Shown: positions 37,411-50,559, numbered from the whole stretch's first letter. The stretch is DNA of 63,618 nucleotides, filler included, from Chiloscyllium plagiosum (GCF_004010195.1; 3 parts of one record of this genome joined end to end with filler, not necessarily neighbours in it), one strand, 5' to 3'. Numbers and translations: made by a program. The notes: generated from the letters alone by a model not told the origin.

Positions 37411-38069
37411 AAGGCATGGAGGTCTGGCACCAGTGACCAAAATCAGCACAATTCCATTTGAAAAATTAATTTCTGTGAACAAGGGTCAAGTACAAGTGTC
37501 AGTCTTCCTATTGTCAGTGTTTTTATTGTGCAGACTGTTCATCTTATGCTTTTTTTAAACTGGGGGTTTTGGACCAAAATTGATCCCAGCCCATACAACT
37601 CACAGTGCAAGCGCTTACTGTTGTCAATCTGGTCTGTTACAGTGTCTGATGTCATACTGGTTTTGATAGTGATAGTTGTCAGAATGCGTTGGTGGTCATG
37701 TTAAGGCAAGTGTTCATTTCAGCTATTCAATGAGGAGGTCTACCCTCACTGTCAGCCTCATCCTCATCAGTCACCAATTGAATTGTCAGTCAGTGATTTG
37801 TATATCAGTCAATAACAGACTTGAAAGTCACCAATACAACTGCCAGCCAGCAATATACTAGTCAGTCAACAAATATGCCAAACCCAGTCACTAATATACC
37901 AGCCAGTTACAAAAGAAATCCAGCTATTAACTTTTACCTCAATCTGCTATTAATACACAAGCCAGTCACTAATACACCGACCAGCCACTAACACAACAGT
38001 CAGTCACTAATATATTAACTGTTCCTCTAAGAGCTTATCAAAAATGGCAGCAGAGTAGGGCTTCTGTGC

Positions 38070-39487
38070 CAGATTCTGGATTAGTGGTGCTGGAAGAGCA
38101 CAGCAATTCAGGCAGCATCCGAGGACAGGCAAAATCTGAGGACAGGCAAAATCGACGTTTCGGGCAAAAGCCCTTCATCAGGAATAAAGGCAGAGAGCCT
38201 GAAGCGTGGAGAGATAAGCTAGAGGAGGGTAGGGGTGGGGAGAGAGTAGCATAGAGTACAATAGGTGAGTGGGGGAGGAGATGAAGGTGATAGGTCAGGG
38301 AGGAGAGGGTGGAGTGGATAGGTGGAAAAGGAGCTGGGCAGGTCGGACAAGTCCGGACAAGACAAGGGGACAGGGTTGAGCTGGAGGTTAGAAACTAGGA
38401 TGAGGTGGAGGAAGAGGAAATGAGGAAGCTGTTGAAGTCCACATTGATGCCCAGGGGTTGAAGTGTTCCGAGGCGGAAGATGAGGCGTTCTTCTTCCATG
38501 CGTCTGGTGGTGAGGGAGCGGCGGTGGAGGAGGCCCAGCACCTCCATATCCTCGGCAGAGTGGGAGGGGGAGTTGAAATGTTGGGCCACGGGGCGGTTTG
38601 GTTGATTGGTGCGGGTGTCTCGGAGATGTTCCCTAAAGCGCTCTGCTAGGAGGCTCCCAGTCTCCCCGATGTAGAGGAGATCACATCAGGAGCAACGGAT
38701 ACAATAAATGATATTAGTGGATGTGCAGGTAAAACTTTGATGGATGTGGAAGGCTCCTTTAGGGCCTTGCCCTAAAAGAGCCTTCCACATCCATGCAGGG
38801 GAATGTGCCAGGATGGGAGGGTGGGTCGTAGGGGGGCGTGGACCTGACCAGGTAGTCACGGAGGGAACGGTCTTTGCGGAAGGTGGAGAGGGGTGGGGAG
38901 GGAAATATATCCCTGGTGGTGGGGTCTGTTTGGAGGTGGTGGAAATGTCGGCGGATGATTTGGTTTATGGGAAGGTTGGTAGGGTGGAAGGTGAGCACCA
39001 GGGGTGTTCTGTCCTTGTTGCGGTTGGAGGGGTTGGGTCTGGGGGCGGAGGTGCGGGATGTGGATGAGATGCGTTGGAGGGCATCTTTAACCACGTGGGA
39101 AGGGAAATTGCGGTCTCTAAAGAAGGAGGCCATCTGGTGTGTTCTGTGGTGGAACTGGAATTGGGAATACGGGATGGTATATTTGCAGGAGGTAGGTGGG
39201 AAGAGGTTTAATCCAGGTAGCTGTGGGAGTCGGTGGGTTTGTAGAAAATGTCAGTGTCAAGTCGGTCGTCACTGATGGAGATGGAGAGGTCCAGGAGGGG
39301 GAGGGAGGTGTCAGAGATGGTCCAGTTAAATTTAAGGTCAGGGTGGAATGTGTTGGTGAAGTTGATGAATTGCTCAACCTCCTCGCGGGAGCACGAGATG
39401 GCGCCAATGCAGTCATCAATGTAGCGGAGGAAGAGGTGGGGAGTGGTGCCGGTGTAATTACGGAAGATCAACTGTTCTACGTAGCAG
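38070..39487 (-). mobile_element. Penelope-like element (RT + GIY-YIG), 5'-truncated with internal deletions
   Basis: LFLRYIDDCIG, FYKPTDSHSYLD, NKDRTPLVLTFHP, IIYCIRC...YIGETG, EEERLIFRLGTLQP. Confidence 0.92.
38150..38185 (-). ncRNA. minimal hammerhead ribozyme motif in Penelope terminus
   Basis: Minus strand attc-CTGATGA-A-GGGC-TTTT-GCCC-GAAA-CGTC^gatt. Confidence 0.65.
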
Positions 39488-41039
39488 CTCATCCAACCTG
39501 TCCATTACCTTCCTTTTCTCTCATTTCTTAGTCATTTCATTTTATTCAGACGGTGAGTATCCATTGTGGTCCAGAGATGGGTCCCCGCCTTGGACTGGAG
39601 GTAAGTTCCCAGCGTGGTGGAATTGAGGCCTGGCGAGACCTTGAGTTGAGGTTCAAGGATCAGTGTGTAGTCTGGAGATGGGCCAAGCCAGGTGCTGGCG
39701 TAAACTGGGGTAGAAGGATTGTAATTCTGAACCTTTTGAAATATATTCCGATGTTTTTGTATTTTTGTATGTAATGCTGAAATTTGTACTTTGTTACTTT
39801 TCTAATTTAGGAATTGGTACCTGGGTATCTTAGTACCCAATTTGGTGCCATAAGTAGCAACTTGTAAACTTTTCAATGTATTCATGTGAGTACATGTGAC
39901 AATAAAGCTATTTCTAACTCTAATTCTAATTCTGATAGACCAGTCATCGATACATCAATCACTTATACACCAATCAGTCACCAATATGCCAGTAACTAAT
40001 AAACCAATCAGTAACTAATACACCATTCTCCTGTGAGTCAGAAGAATATCTACCAATCACAATTACTCTATAACTCACCAAGCCACACATTAGTCATGAA
40101 TACAACTGTTATTTGCTGTTTCCCCCACTTCAAGTTCCTTTTTTTTTTCAAATTCTCAAAGTTATTTCTTCTAGGAAGCTAATAATATTGAGGTGATCTG
40201 CAAAAGTATTTTTATTAAGAATGGATGAGTCCTTAAACTAGGCTTAAAGTGGAAATAAAATATGTGGTATTATTACAATAGAAAGGGATATCTCCCCAGG
40301 GTCTCAGTCAACGTTTATGCTTTAACCAACATCACTAAGAGAAAAAAGACAGATTCTCTGATTGTTACTATTTGTCAGATCTTGCTACATGGATCCTAGT
40401 CCTGATTTCTGAGATGACATCAGTGATTAAAGCATTTTCTGGTATTTTGAGACGATAACAGGTGCAATATAAGTGCAAGTGTGTCCAATCTTTGAATGAA
40501 GGAATGATTCACATACAAGTAGAAGATACTCAAAGGTTAACCGTGCAGTGTAGTTGTTTTCCCATGTGGAACAAAGTCATGAATGAATTGTGAAACTTTG
40601 CCACATGAGAGACATCAACATTATGGTGTCTGATTAATATTCTATATATAATATCAGGGCTTTAGAAATTTTAAAATGTTACTGACCATGATTTAAGCCC
40701 TCTTTTAAGTCATGAATTATGATATATTCCCTCAAAAATGTGTAACTATCACAGTGAAAACCCTAGTAGATTATACTTTTGGCCATGTATTTAGAAGTAA
40801 ATGAAATGTTTATTCTGGTGACTTCTTCTTCCCTCTTTTTTAAATGCTAAAGAATACAGGCATGAAGAAATGTCTCCTGAAGAATTGGTGTTTGTCATTT
40901 GAAAATCTGAGGGATGATTATAACCACCCCAATGACATCCGAGGCATACACAGATATGTGTGAGAAATTGCTTATCAATGAAAATCAGGGCCATATTCAA
41001 TGTAGTTGAAGGACCATTTGAGCAAATGAGTATGCAAGA

Positions 41040-41620
41040 CTACAAATGCTTGAAATAGGAGTAATGGTAGACCATTCTGCACATCAAGCCTGCTCTGTCA
41101 TTCAATGATATCATGGCTGACCTGCTCCAGTTTTGAACTCCACATTCCCATCTATGCCCAATAGCCTCTGGTCCCCTTACCTATCAAAACTCTATCTACC
41201 TCCACCTTAAGCATATTTAATGGATCTGCCTCCACTATCTCCTGAGGTAGAATTCCAAAGTCACACGACCACTAGAGAAAGTATGTCTTTTATCTCTGTA
41301 CTGAAAGGCAGACCCGAATTAAAACAGTGTCCCCTCATTCTCAACTTATTCACAAAAGGACATACATTTTCATATCCACCTTGTTAAGACCATTCTGGAT
41401 CTAATAGATTTCAGTCAAGTCACCTCCTCACTCTTCGAACTCCAGTGTAAACAAGCCCAGATTGTCCAACCTATAGGGCAACTACATACTCCAGATATCA
41501 ATCTAGTAAAGATCCTCAGAACCAGCTCTAATGCATTTAAATCCTCTTTAATTAAAATATTCAAGATATATTCTCAGCAATGCCCTAAATAACTGAAGAG
41601 AATATCCTCACTTCTATGTT
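41040..41620 (-). mobile_element. old CR1 3' end
   Basis: Antisense CR1 3' UTR (cattcaatgatatcatggctgacc) and C-terminal remnants. Confidence 0.7.
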
Positions 41621-42084
41621 TCGGTTATGATTTTGAACTCTGGGTCCAGGATGTGACTATATGCCCATTTCTGCATTATGCAGGACATCTCTGCAATGCA
41701 AGACTGTGCAAGGCCCACTTTTCAGGACTGTTGCATCCCTCACCCAGAAGCATAGCTTCAGGGAGAAGACAACTTGATCAGCCATACCAAGAGACCTTCA
41801 GTAGGGCAGTTGCTTCTTCATATGTTTTCCAGCATCATGTCAACGAGACCTAGCTTGTAAATGCCACAGGACCCACTTTGACTGAAGCATGATTTGGTTA
41901 ATGACCTCTTTGCTGCGTTAGGTATGACTTGAAAATAACACAGAGTGAATCATGAAACAGGAGAATGGAGCCTGTGTCAGCCATCCTTCTTGCCTCTAGC
42001 CTAAGGGGATTCTAAAGTACCACTTCAGAGATGTAAGTTTAAATACAGGCTGACACACTCTTACAACAGGAATCTCAACATGAA

Positions 42085-42240
42085 GTTAGAAATCATGCGA
42101 CACCAGGTTATAATCCAACAGGCTTATTTTGAAATACAAGCTATTGGAGCATTGCTCCTTCATTAGGTAGCTAGTGAGGCAGTGCTCTGGTGTTGTGTGA
42201 TTTTTTTCTTTGTCCACCCCAACACCGGCACCTCCGCATC
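42085..42240. mobile_element. Penelope-like terminal fragment (family 2) with inverted arrangement
   Basis: acaccaggttataatccaacagg...ggagcattgctccttcattagg then ctggtgttgtgtg...tttgtccacccc. Confidence 0.7.
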
Positions 42241-44159
42241 ATTTTTAAATGAGATATTGAATCGGGATCCTGTTGATTCTCCAGTAGCAAGAAAAGATTC
42301 CACGGCATGTGAGTGGAGTTATCTCCAATGTCCTGGACAATATATATCGCTCATTTCACGTTACTGAAATAGGTCATCTGATCATGTCAATTTTGGGTGT
42401 TTTGTGTTTAAATGCTGTGGGTTATACCAATGCTTAGATTTTGAAAATATTTCATGAATGGCAAGTACGTTGGGATGCCTTGAGGTTGTGAAATGCACTC
42501 TATAGATTTTAGTCTTTCACTTCACCATTTGCTTCAGTATATGTTTTGGTTCATGATGTGTTGCCAGCAAGAAGAACTGTGAGAGACTATTGGTCAAAAC
42601 TTATGCCATTTCCTTAATTTTAACATGGGAAATATTTGTTTCTTTGGGGGTAAAATGAGTTAGACATTAGGCCATTTTATTTTTAAACCAGAATCTTATT
42701 AACATGCTGCAAGTTGGTGAGAAGTGGCACAGACCTTCACAACCTGCATGCCACCACCCAACAGGAGGTAAATAATGGGAATGGGTTACTGATAGGAATT
42801 TGTGCAATCTCATTTTTAGCAATATGTAAAGGGAATGGTCTTAGCTTCTCTGGACCACACAGTGCTTAGGTGTAGAAGTGAAGGAGTGTGTGAGTATACT
42901 CCTTAGTTCAAGGCTGCATTTATGCCTAAAAATATGTTTGAATCCTACTGATTGCTATATATGCTGACTACAGTAATAATCTTCTTTAAACCATTCCCTC
43001 TAACCAACTCTACCTTCAACAGTGAGGATACCCAACCTGTTCATTCAAACGTTCCAGGAGCAGTTGCCAGCTGAGGCTTAAAAACACCACAAAGCACAAT
43101 GTAGGCGAGATGTTGAGTCACATGCATCGTTAACCATCTGGCCAATTATGTCATCATTGCCATAGGGTGAGGGAGTGAGGGAATTGCTGGTTGGAGTTGG
43201 GGTGGAACATTGATTCATATCGGAATTTCCCAGAAATTATTTACTCGGAATTGGTCGAAGGAGATTTTTTAAAATCGAATTTTTTGCCTTCCTCATGGCT
43301 GCTGTTGTCTGGGAAGTTTAACATGATGTTTATCTGCAATATAGCTATATAGGTAGCTTGATCGTTCATATGTGTCACTGTTTGCCCATCTGATTCATAT
43401 GTTACAAATTTATTGTTCACCTTTTGTTCTAAAGCCAGACTTTGTGAATATAAAACCTTGCCTGTTTTCCCCTGCGTCCATACACTAGATGGAAAGAGCT
43501 TGGGTTTAATTTACTATTTCCTGATGTATTTGTGTTCTCCCACTAGAAACATTCATTTTTCTTCACCTTGCTCACTGTCAGCTTTCTTTTAATACAAAAT
43601 GAAATAAGTGGATGTTGGAAATCTGAAATACAAACAGAAATCCTCTATGGATTAGTTTCAAGGTAAATGGTTTCAACTCTGCCCCATAGACATCTTCCCT
43701 TTTGTTGTCTCACCAGCTCACCAACCATTCATTTCTCAGCATTCATTTTCCACTTGCTTAACAATTGTAACATGAATAAAATTTTCCATTTCTGGTTAAA
43801 GGTCCTTGACCACCATGAAATTTTGGGGAGAAGGGGGCTATTTTTAAGTTTCAAGGAAAAATTGGTTTGGTAACTGACGAGAGGTTAAAGTCACTGAACA
43901 ATGACATTCCACTACATTCTGTGGAAGGTACATTGACATTGACAGCATTCCCATCAGGAGAGGACTTTTGCCAATTTTATCATATTAATAGCAAATAAAG
44001 ATCAGAGTTTACAATTTTAACTGTGGGTAAACAGGTTTCCTGAACTTCCAAATACTCACCAATGGAAGTATATGACAGGAGCGGAGCTACAAGCAAGAGG
44101 GGCGAGGAATTGACAGGCAGAAAATTACCATTAAGAATCACATCTTCCTTGCCTGATTG

Positions 44160-44390
44160 TGTGAATATGTGGAGGTGCCAGTGTTGGACTGGAGTGGACA
44201 AAGTTAAAAGTCACACCACACCAGGTTATAATCCAATCGGTCTGTTCTATGCATCATTTCAGTTACATGAAACTGTGATCTTTTGCTCTAAATTATGTGT
44301 CCTATAGGCCTACTCTACAGCTACCTGATGAAGGAGCAATGCTCCGAAAGCTAGTACTTTCAAACAAACCTGCTGGACTATAACCTGGTT
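44160..44390. mobile_element. Penelope-like terminal fragment (family 2) with inverted arrangement
   Basis: accaggttataatcca at about 44220 is inverted relative to tggactataacctggt at about 44374; contains a hammerhead core. Confidence 0.75.
44322..44356 (+). ncRNA. minimal hammerhead ribozyme motif (family 2)
   Basis: TAC-CTGATGA-A-GGAGC-AAT-GCTCC-GAAA-GCTA^GTA with palindromic AGCT helix III. Confidence 0.7.
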
Positions 44391-45431
44391 TGAATGATTG
44401 TGCAAAAGCCCTTTTTCTCATAGAGCGTGTTCTACTACTCTCATACTTTACAGTTTATTCCTCCAATTTTCAAGGCTACTTTCACTGCTTCAGAAGTTTG
44501 TGAGTTGGACCTCCACTTACTGCTTGTGAGATATCAGATCAGAAGGGTATAAGGAATCTGCTATAAGGGTCCTGATGGAGTAATTTGTAGCCCTGATATG
44601 CAACTCAACATTTCTGGCTTAGACAATAAATTCAATTCAATTCAATACCGTCACAATGCTGCAGCTGATAAATTATTTGTGGATGGTGTTTCAGCTGTTT
44701 GTTTCTGAAAGGGTTAATGCTAAGGAACATATTCATTTTGCCCTTAATATAATGATTTCATAAAGATTTGGGAGAACAATTCTGGATTTCAAAGGAGATA
44801 GATTTTCCATCAATTTCTCCTCATGGTTTTTGTAATGACACTTACTACACAAACATAACTTGACTGCTATTTTGCAATAAACAACATCTGAGTTAAGGCA
44901 AGTGCTTCTTCTCATTAGACTACCTTGCGCTTTTCCTCTACCATACTGGAGCAAGCAAGATCTGTAGTTACCAAGTCTAAAACGAGATACAAAAACAGAA
45001 ATTGCTGGAAAAACTCAGCAGATCTGACAGCATCCGTGGAGAGAAGTCAGAGTTAACATTTTGGGTCCTGTGACCTTTCTTCAAAACAGAAGGGGGGTAG
45101 TTGCAATAAATGTACTTTATATTGTCCAAGAGTCCAGCTAGCTCTTACGTAATGGTGAGCAGCACTGCAAATTGGAACTCAATGTAACTGCAAACCACAA
45201 AAGGATAAACAGCAGTGCCAACATCAGTGAACTCAGGAGAAATTTCCAGTCACTGGTCTTAAGAACATGACTCATGCAGCTAGACAGCAACTGAAGAAGC
45301 TGAACAGTCCAGAAACCTACAAAACAGCAATTCCTGGCAAGCGCTTCAAGGCAGAATCTACTCAATGCTGAAAGGATTTGAGACCTAGTAACAGAATGAC
45401 AGACCTGAGTGTGAGCTACAAGTTACATGTA

Positions 45432-45580
45432 CAGAACAACCTCGATTATCTGTACGAGATGGGCGGGGAGTAGTTTGTTCCAATAACTGATTGTTCAGAT
45501 AACGGATAATGTTTCACGGAACCTTGTTTGAATAATCAAAAATTCGGATAATTGATGTTCGGTTAACTGAGGTTGTTTTG
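45432..45580. mobile_element. Tc1/mariner-pogo (Tigger-like) MITE
   Basis: TA flanks at 45430-31 and 45581-82; imperfect TIR cagaacaacctcgattatc / ggttaactgaggttgttttg; internal ggataat repeats. Confidence 0.75.
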
Positions 45581-46364
45581 TAGTTGGGACACAAGACATA
45601 TCAACAGTTATCAATTGTATCAGGTGAAATGACCTGAAAGAGTGGTCTCGAGTCGAGGTTTAGCTAGAGAACAAACACTATTTATGCCTCTATGAGGAAA
45701 ATTGGAATTCCTGGGGCCAGGGGGCGAACTATTAAAATATTATACATTTACAGATCGAGAAAGCTAGATGTATGCCTCACTCTGTCTAAACACCCTATGA
45801 TCCGTAAGTTCTTGTATGTTATGATCTGCCCGTACTGCACTCAAAACAAAACTTTTCACTGCATTCATGTACATGTGACAACAATAAATGTTTAAAAAAG
45901 GCACTTGCAGCTGAGAGCGAGAATTGCTGCCATAGCAAGCAAGTATCGAAAGTTCTGGATACAGAGAACTTAAAGGCTACAGAAATAATTTAAGGATGAG
46001 GTTACAGAACAAGGAAAGCCACAAAGCCACAATTAAAACAATAAGGAGGCAATTTAGATGCCAATCAAACAGCCTAATGTAAGGAGCAAGTAGGGAAACT
46101 ATTGAGGTGGCAGAAAGTTGAGATCGATCATTAAAATGGCAGTAAAGGCATGAATATTTATTAAGGCTGCAGACAGAGGGACTTATTCAGTGAAGTTTTT
46201 AAATTAAATTGGATTTTTCATTAAAAGATTAAGACAACAGGGATTATTAATTGAGCCTTGGAGAGCATAAACTGTCTAAGGAAAGTTGTTAAGAGAACAG
46301 AATTCAGGTTTTGATCAGGGAGGCAGCAAGATTCATTCCGTAAAGCCATTAAAAAGGATGAGAA

Positions 46365-46715
46365 TCATTTATCACAGAATCACTCCAGCGCAGAAGCAGG
46401 CCATTCAGCCCATCGAGTCCACATCAATCCTCCAAAGAGCATCCCACCCAGACCTACCCACTACATTATCCCTGTAACTCTGCATTTCCCATGGCTAACC
46501 TACCCAGTCTGTGCATCCCTGGGCACTATGGACCATTTAGCATAGCCAATCCACCAAACTTTGGACTGTAGGAGGAAGCTGAGCAGCCCGAGGAAACTTA
46601 TGCAAACACAGGAAAATGTGCAAACTCCACACAGACAGTTGCCTGAGGCTGGAATCAAACTCGGGTCCCTGCTGCTGTGAGGCAGCAATGCTATCCTCTT
46701 AGGCACTGTGCTGTC
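46365..46715 (-). mobile_element. HE1-type V-SINE
   Basis: tgcaaactccacacagacag...gctgtgaggcagcaatgcta is antisense to the 8392 copy. Confidence 0.9.
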
Positions 46716-47914
46716 CCCCAAAAAAATTATTTTCTGCAGAAAATGGAATCCTCCACTTTGATGAAAAGCAAGACGGATACCATCCAATGCAACAGTACAA
46801 AGAAGCAGTATTGCTATATAGCAGAATTAAAGGCTTTAAAGCAAATCATTTTGCCAATGGCACCCACATTCCCTTCCCGTGAACGATTACAAAATGCTTG
46901 AGGGGTCATGTTGTACAAGGCATTTGGTTCTGAAAGGGTTAATGCAAAAGGCTGCTTTAAATTCCACTCCAATGATGATCTCATAAGGACGTCGGTGGGA
47001 AAATAGCTCTGGAATCAAAAGAGATAAAACTACCATTTAGGTTTCCTCATTGCCTTATTATACAATTGTAGTGAAGGTAACTTGTGCCCGATTGTCATGC
47101 ACATGGACTGCAGCGGTTCAAGAAGGCAGCTCACTACAATCTTCTCAAAGGCAAATCGGAACGGGTAACAAATGCTGCCAGCCAGTGACACCCATGACTC
47201 ATGAATGAATAAAACAAATCTTGTTTAATATAAGGGCATTTTCTCACTAGATTACTCAGTTAAAAATAGAAAGAACAAACACACCCATTCATTGTGATTT
47301 GATGGTGGGAAAGCTACTCAGTTGTGTTTGGTAGGGCAACAAATAAAGAAGACTCTCTTCCCACTCTCCCAACCTGGCCTTCACTTGGATTGTTTGTGTT
47401 GCCTGGGATGGGCTTTGCTTGTAAATATTTAATTGGTGACACAAATGATTTAATGGAAGCAGTTGATAGTTAAAACCAAAGAAAAAGTCAAGGTAAATTG
47501 TTGGTGGGAAAATCATGCGGTTGTGTGCATTAACACTTCCAGACATAAGAACAATAATAAAGCAGACCCTCTTCCCCTCCAACTTCATTTTGATTTAGCC
47601 CCTTCCCACTCTCCCAGCCAATCCCTTCACTTTTGATGGTTAAACTTGCTATTAATGGGCTTCGCACGTCAATGTGGGATCGTGTTCAAATAACGACCGA
47701 AATTGGTGCGTGGCGAAATAACCCCTTTATTCAACATCACAGTAGTACAGTTCAAGGCAGTGATGGAATCCCAAAGTATAGTTCTGACAGTAGTATCTTT
47801 ATACACCATTCTTACATGTATTAAAATTCTATCACGAAGGTGTTACACAGTTTTATCTATTGTACACAAGAGCTTTTATGGCATTTCTGCTGGGATGGGG
47901 AAACAGGAGTTTGT

Positions 47915-48197
47915 TTAGATTAGATTCCCTAAAGTATGGAAACAGGCCCTTTGGCTCAACAAGTTCACAATGACCCTCCGAAGAGTAAACCATCCAGACC
48001 CATTCCCCTAACTAATGCACCTAACACTATGAGCGATTTAACATGGCCAACTAACCTGACCTGCATATTTTTGGATTGTGGAAGGAAACCCACACAGGCA
48101 TAGGGAGAATGTGCAAGCTTCACGCAGAGAGTCACCTGATGTAGGAATTGGACTCAGGTCCCTGGCACTGTGAAATAGCCACTGACAACCACGTGCT
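47915..48197 (-). mobile_element. HE1-type V-SINE
   Basis: ggaaacaggccc...cacctaacactatg...gggagaatgtgcaa is antisense to the 8392 copy. Confidence 0.85.
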
Positions 48198-48631
48198 AAG
48201 TACTGTCTGCTACTCCTGTTAGGATTAAGAGTGTTTGTCCAGTCTGCTTGTGTAATTGAGAGGTATTAGTCCTTTTATCTTTTAAATTAGTAAATGGTTA
48301 ATAGAAGTACGAGACCTATATGCTCTAAATAACTTAGAAATTATACATGTACTTAACAAAAGATTAAAGGGTATTAAACTGATTACCACAGTTGGGTTAT
48401 GAGATGTTGTTTATTATTTGCTGGTGTGAGGTTCATTCATTCACACAGTTTCATGGAAGCGCTGTTTTGACCTGGTTGGCATGAATGAGTTGGACCGAAG
48501 GATCTGTTTCTGTGCTGTACATCTCTATATTTCTATGACATTCAAAATTATGCCTTTTGGAGGTGGATAGTCTCTGGGGAATCAGGAAGTGAGTTTCTTG
48601 CCTTAGAATTCACAGCCTCTGACCTGCTCTT

Positions 48632-48780
48632 TAGATGGGTATGTGAATAGGAAGGGTTTGGAGGGATATAGGCCGGCTGCTGGCAGGTGGGACTATGATG
48701 GGTTGGGATATCTGGTCGCATGGACGGGTTGGACCAAAAGGTCTGTTTCTATGCTGTACATCTCTATGACTGTATGACTC
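48632..48780 (+). mobile_element. short CR1 3' end
   Basis: gaataggaagggtttggagggatat...gctgtacatctctatgact as at 22485-22625. Confidence 0.85.
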
Positions 48781-49526
48781 GATAAGTCCTTTAGCACAGG
48801 AGAGACTGGGAGTTAATAAACAAGATAAATGGATAAATGAACACAAACTGTGTCACCGTAAATTTACATCACTTATTGACTTCTCTTTCCCTTCTTTGAA
48901 GATAAGGACTTGCATTTGTGTATCTCTTTTAATGATCACTGGTCATCTCAAAACATTTTGTAGCAGAATAAGTACTTTTCAAGTACTTATTCTGCTATAA
49001 GCAGTTAGTTAACACATTTGTCCCACCTGTGCCAGAGATGTGTAATAACATTCTGAATAGGTTGAGAAATAAAGCATTCCCAGGCTGGGACTAGCCATAG
49101 TATACCACGAGTAGTGGCTCCATTTTGGTCTTCAACAATTATCTATTTGCCTTTCCAGTCAGGCTTCTTAAGTTATTTCAGTGATTATCTCAAACATAGG
49201 GAGTAGCAGTGGTGAGGATTTATTTAAAAGCACTGGATACTTCTAAATTATCAATTTTTAACTAATTTCTTCATTGTTTTCTCTGTCTTTTTCCTTTCGT
49301 CCTTCTCTAATACCAACCTCTTTCCCTCTATTTATCTTTTAACTATGAATTAATCCAATTTCCTTCTCTGTAGTCCTCTTTCTCTCCTTTGTCAATTGGT
49401 TAAGGGGATAGACTATTGGTGCCACATTCACTTTGGATCCAGCTGCCTTGTTGCCCTCATCATCATCTATCAATTCACACACATAGCAATTTGCAGTGCA
49501 AGAATAATGAGGTGGACAACTGAGGG

Positions 49527-49608
49527 AAAATGTTCAATTCACAACCTCTCACTACAAGAAGTGACATGTGTGACATCTTGTAGTGAGAGGTTGTGAATTG
49601 AACATTTT
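49527..49608. repeat. perfect 33-bp inverted repeat (hairpin)
   Basis: aaaatgttcaattcacaacctctcactacaaga / tcttgtagtgagaggttgtgaattgaacatttt with a 16-nt spacer. Confidence 0.95.
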
Positions 49609-50559
49609 ATTAATGCTTCATTATATCAATAAAAGAGTGCATGCAACCTGCACTTTATAATGATTGCAGTTAACTTGGGATTTTCTAATCAATGCATTTG
49701 TGCTTTTATTAAAAGGTTATAGGCTTTATAAATTTGATATGAAATAGTAAAAAGAGAGTCAGTGAAAATGGACATGAGGAGTTTCTCTACTAATTCTTTA
49801 TAATTCTGTGTAACAGGAATCTAACCATAAACAAAAACAGGAATTGCTGGAGAAACTCAAGCAGGTCTGGCAGCATCCATGGAGAGAAAGCAGAGTCAAC
49901 ATTTCAGGTTGAATGACTAATCATCAGTCTGATGGCTCTCTGTCTCTTAGGAGTATTGCATTATATAACCATCACTATCTGAGGACTTCACAGAACTGCC
50001 CAAACAAAGTAAAAGTGAGAAACATATCTCCCTCTAAGATTCGAGATATTCCCCCAATCTTTAAAAATCCTACATTTAGAAATTTCTAGGAACAATGGTT
50101 TATGTTATTAAGTTATAAAATATGCTAAGGTAAACAAAAACCCATTAATATTGCCAAAGGTGAGGTTACAAACTGTTTTAAAAAGAATCACCATGGCTAC
50201 AGAAGGACTTATAATTATTAACTTCAGACATATATAAAACCTATGTGTCACTAAATCAAAATCCATATAAAAATAGATGCGACAGTTTATATCATAAAAT
50301 CACGAGAAATAGGAGCATGAGTAGACCATTTATAGAGTCCAAGCGAGTTATACAGCACAGAAACAAATCCTTCGGTCCAACTTGTCCATGCCGACCAGAT
50401 TCCTACACTGATCTCATCCCATTTGCTAGCATTTAAACCCTTTCTATTCATGTACCATCCAGATGTTTTTTTAATGTAGCTGTTCCCTCACTTAATACGA
50501 CCATGGCTGTGACCTTAAGTCCACTACCCTACCTGCCTCAAAAGGAGAAGGTGGTATTG

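Noticed and set aside
40860..40971. SPEE / WCLSFENL resemblance to an RGS domain start
   Set aside because: The two pieces are in different frames with wrong spacing, followed by stops; likely chance
44740..47060. Duplicated element as a SECIS pair on the minus strand (ATGA...AAA)
   Set aside because: Spacing is wrong and the 3' GA of the quartet is missing in copy A
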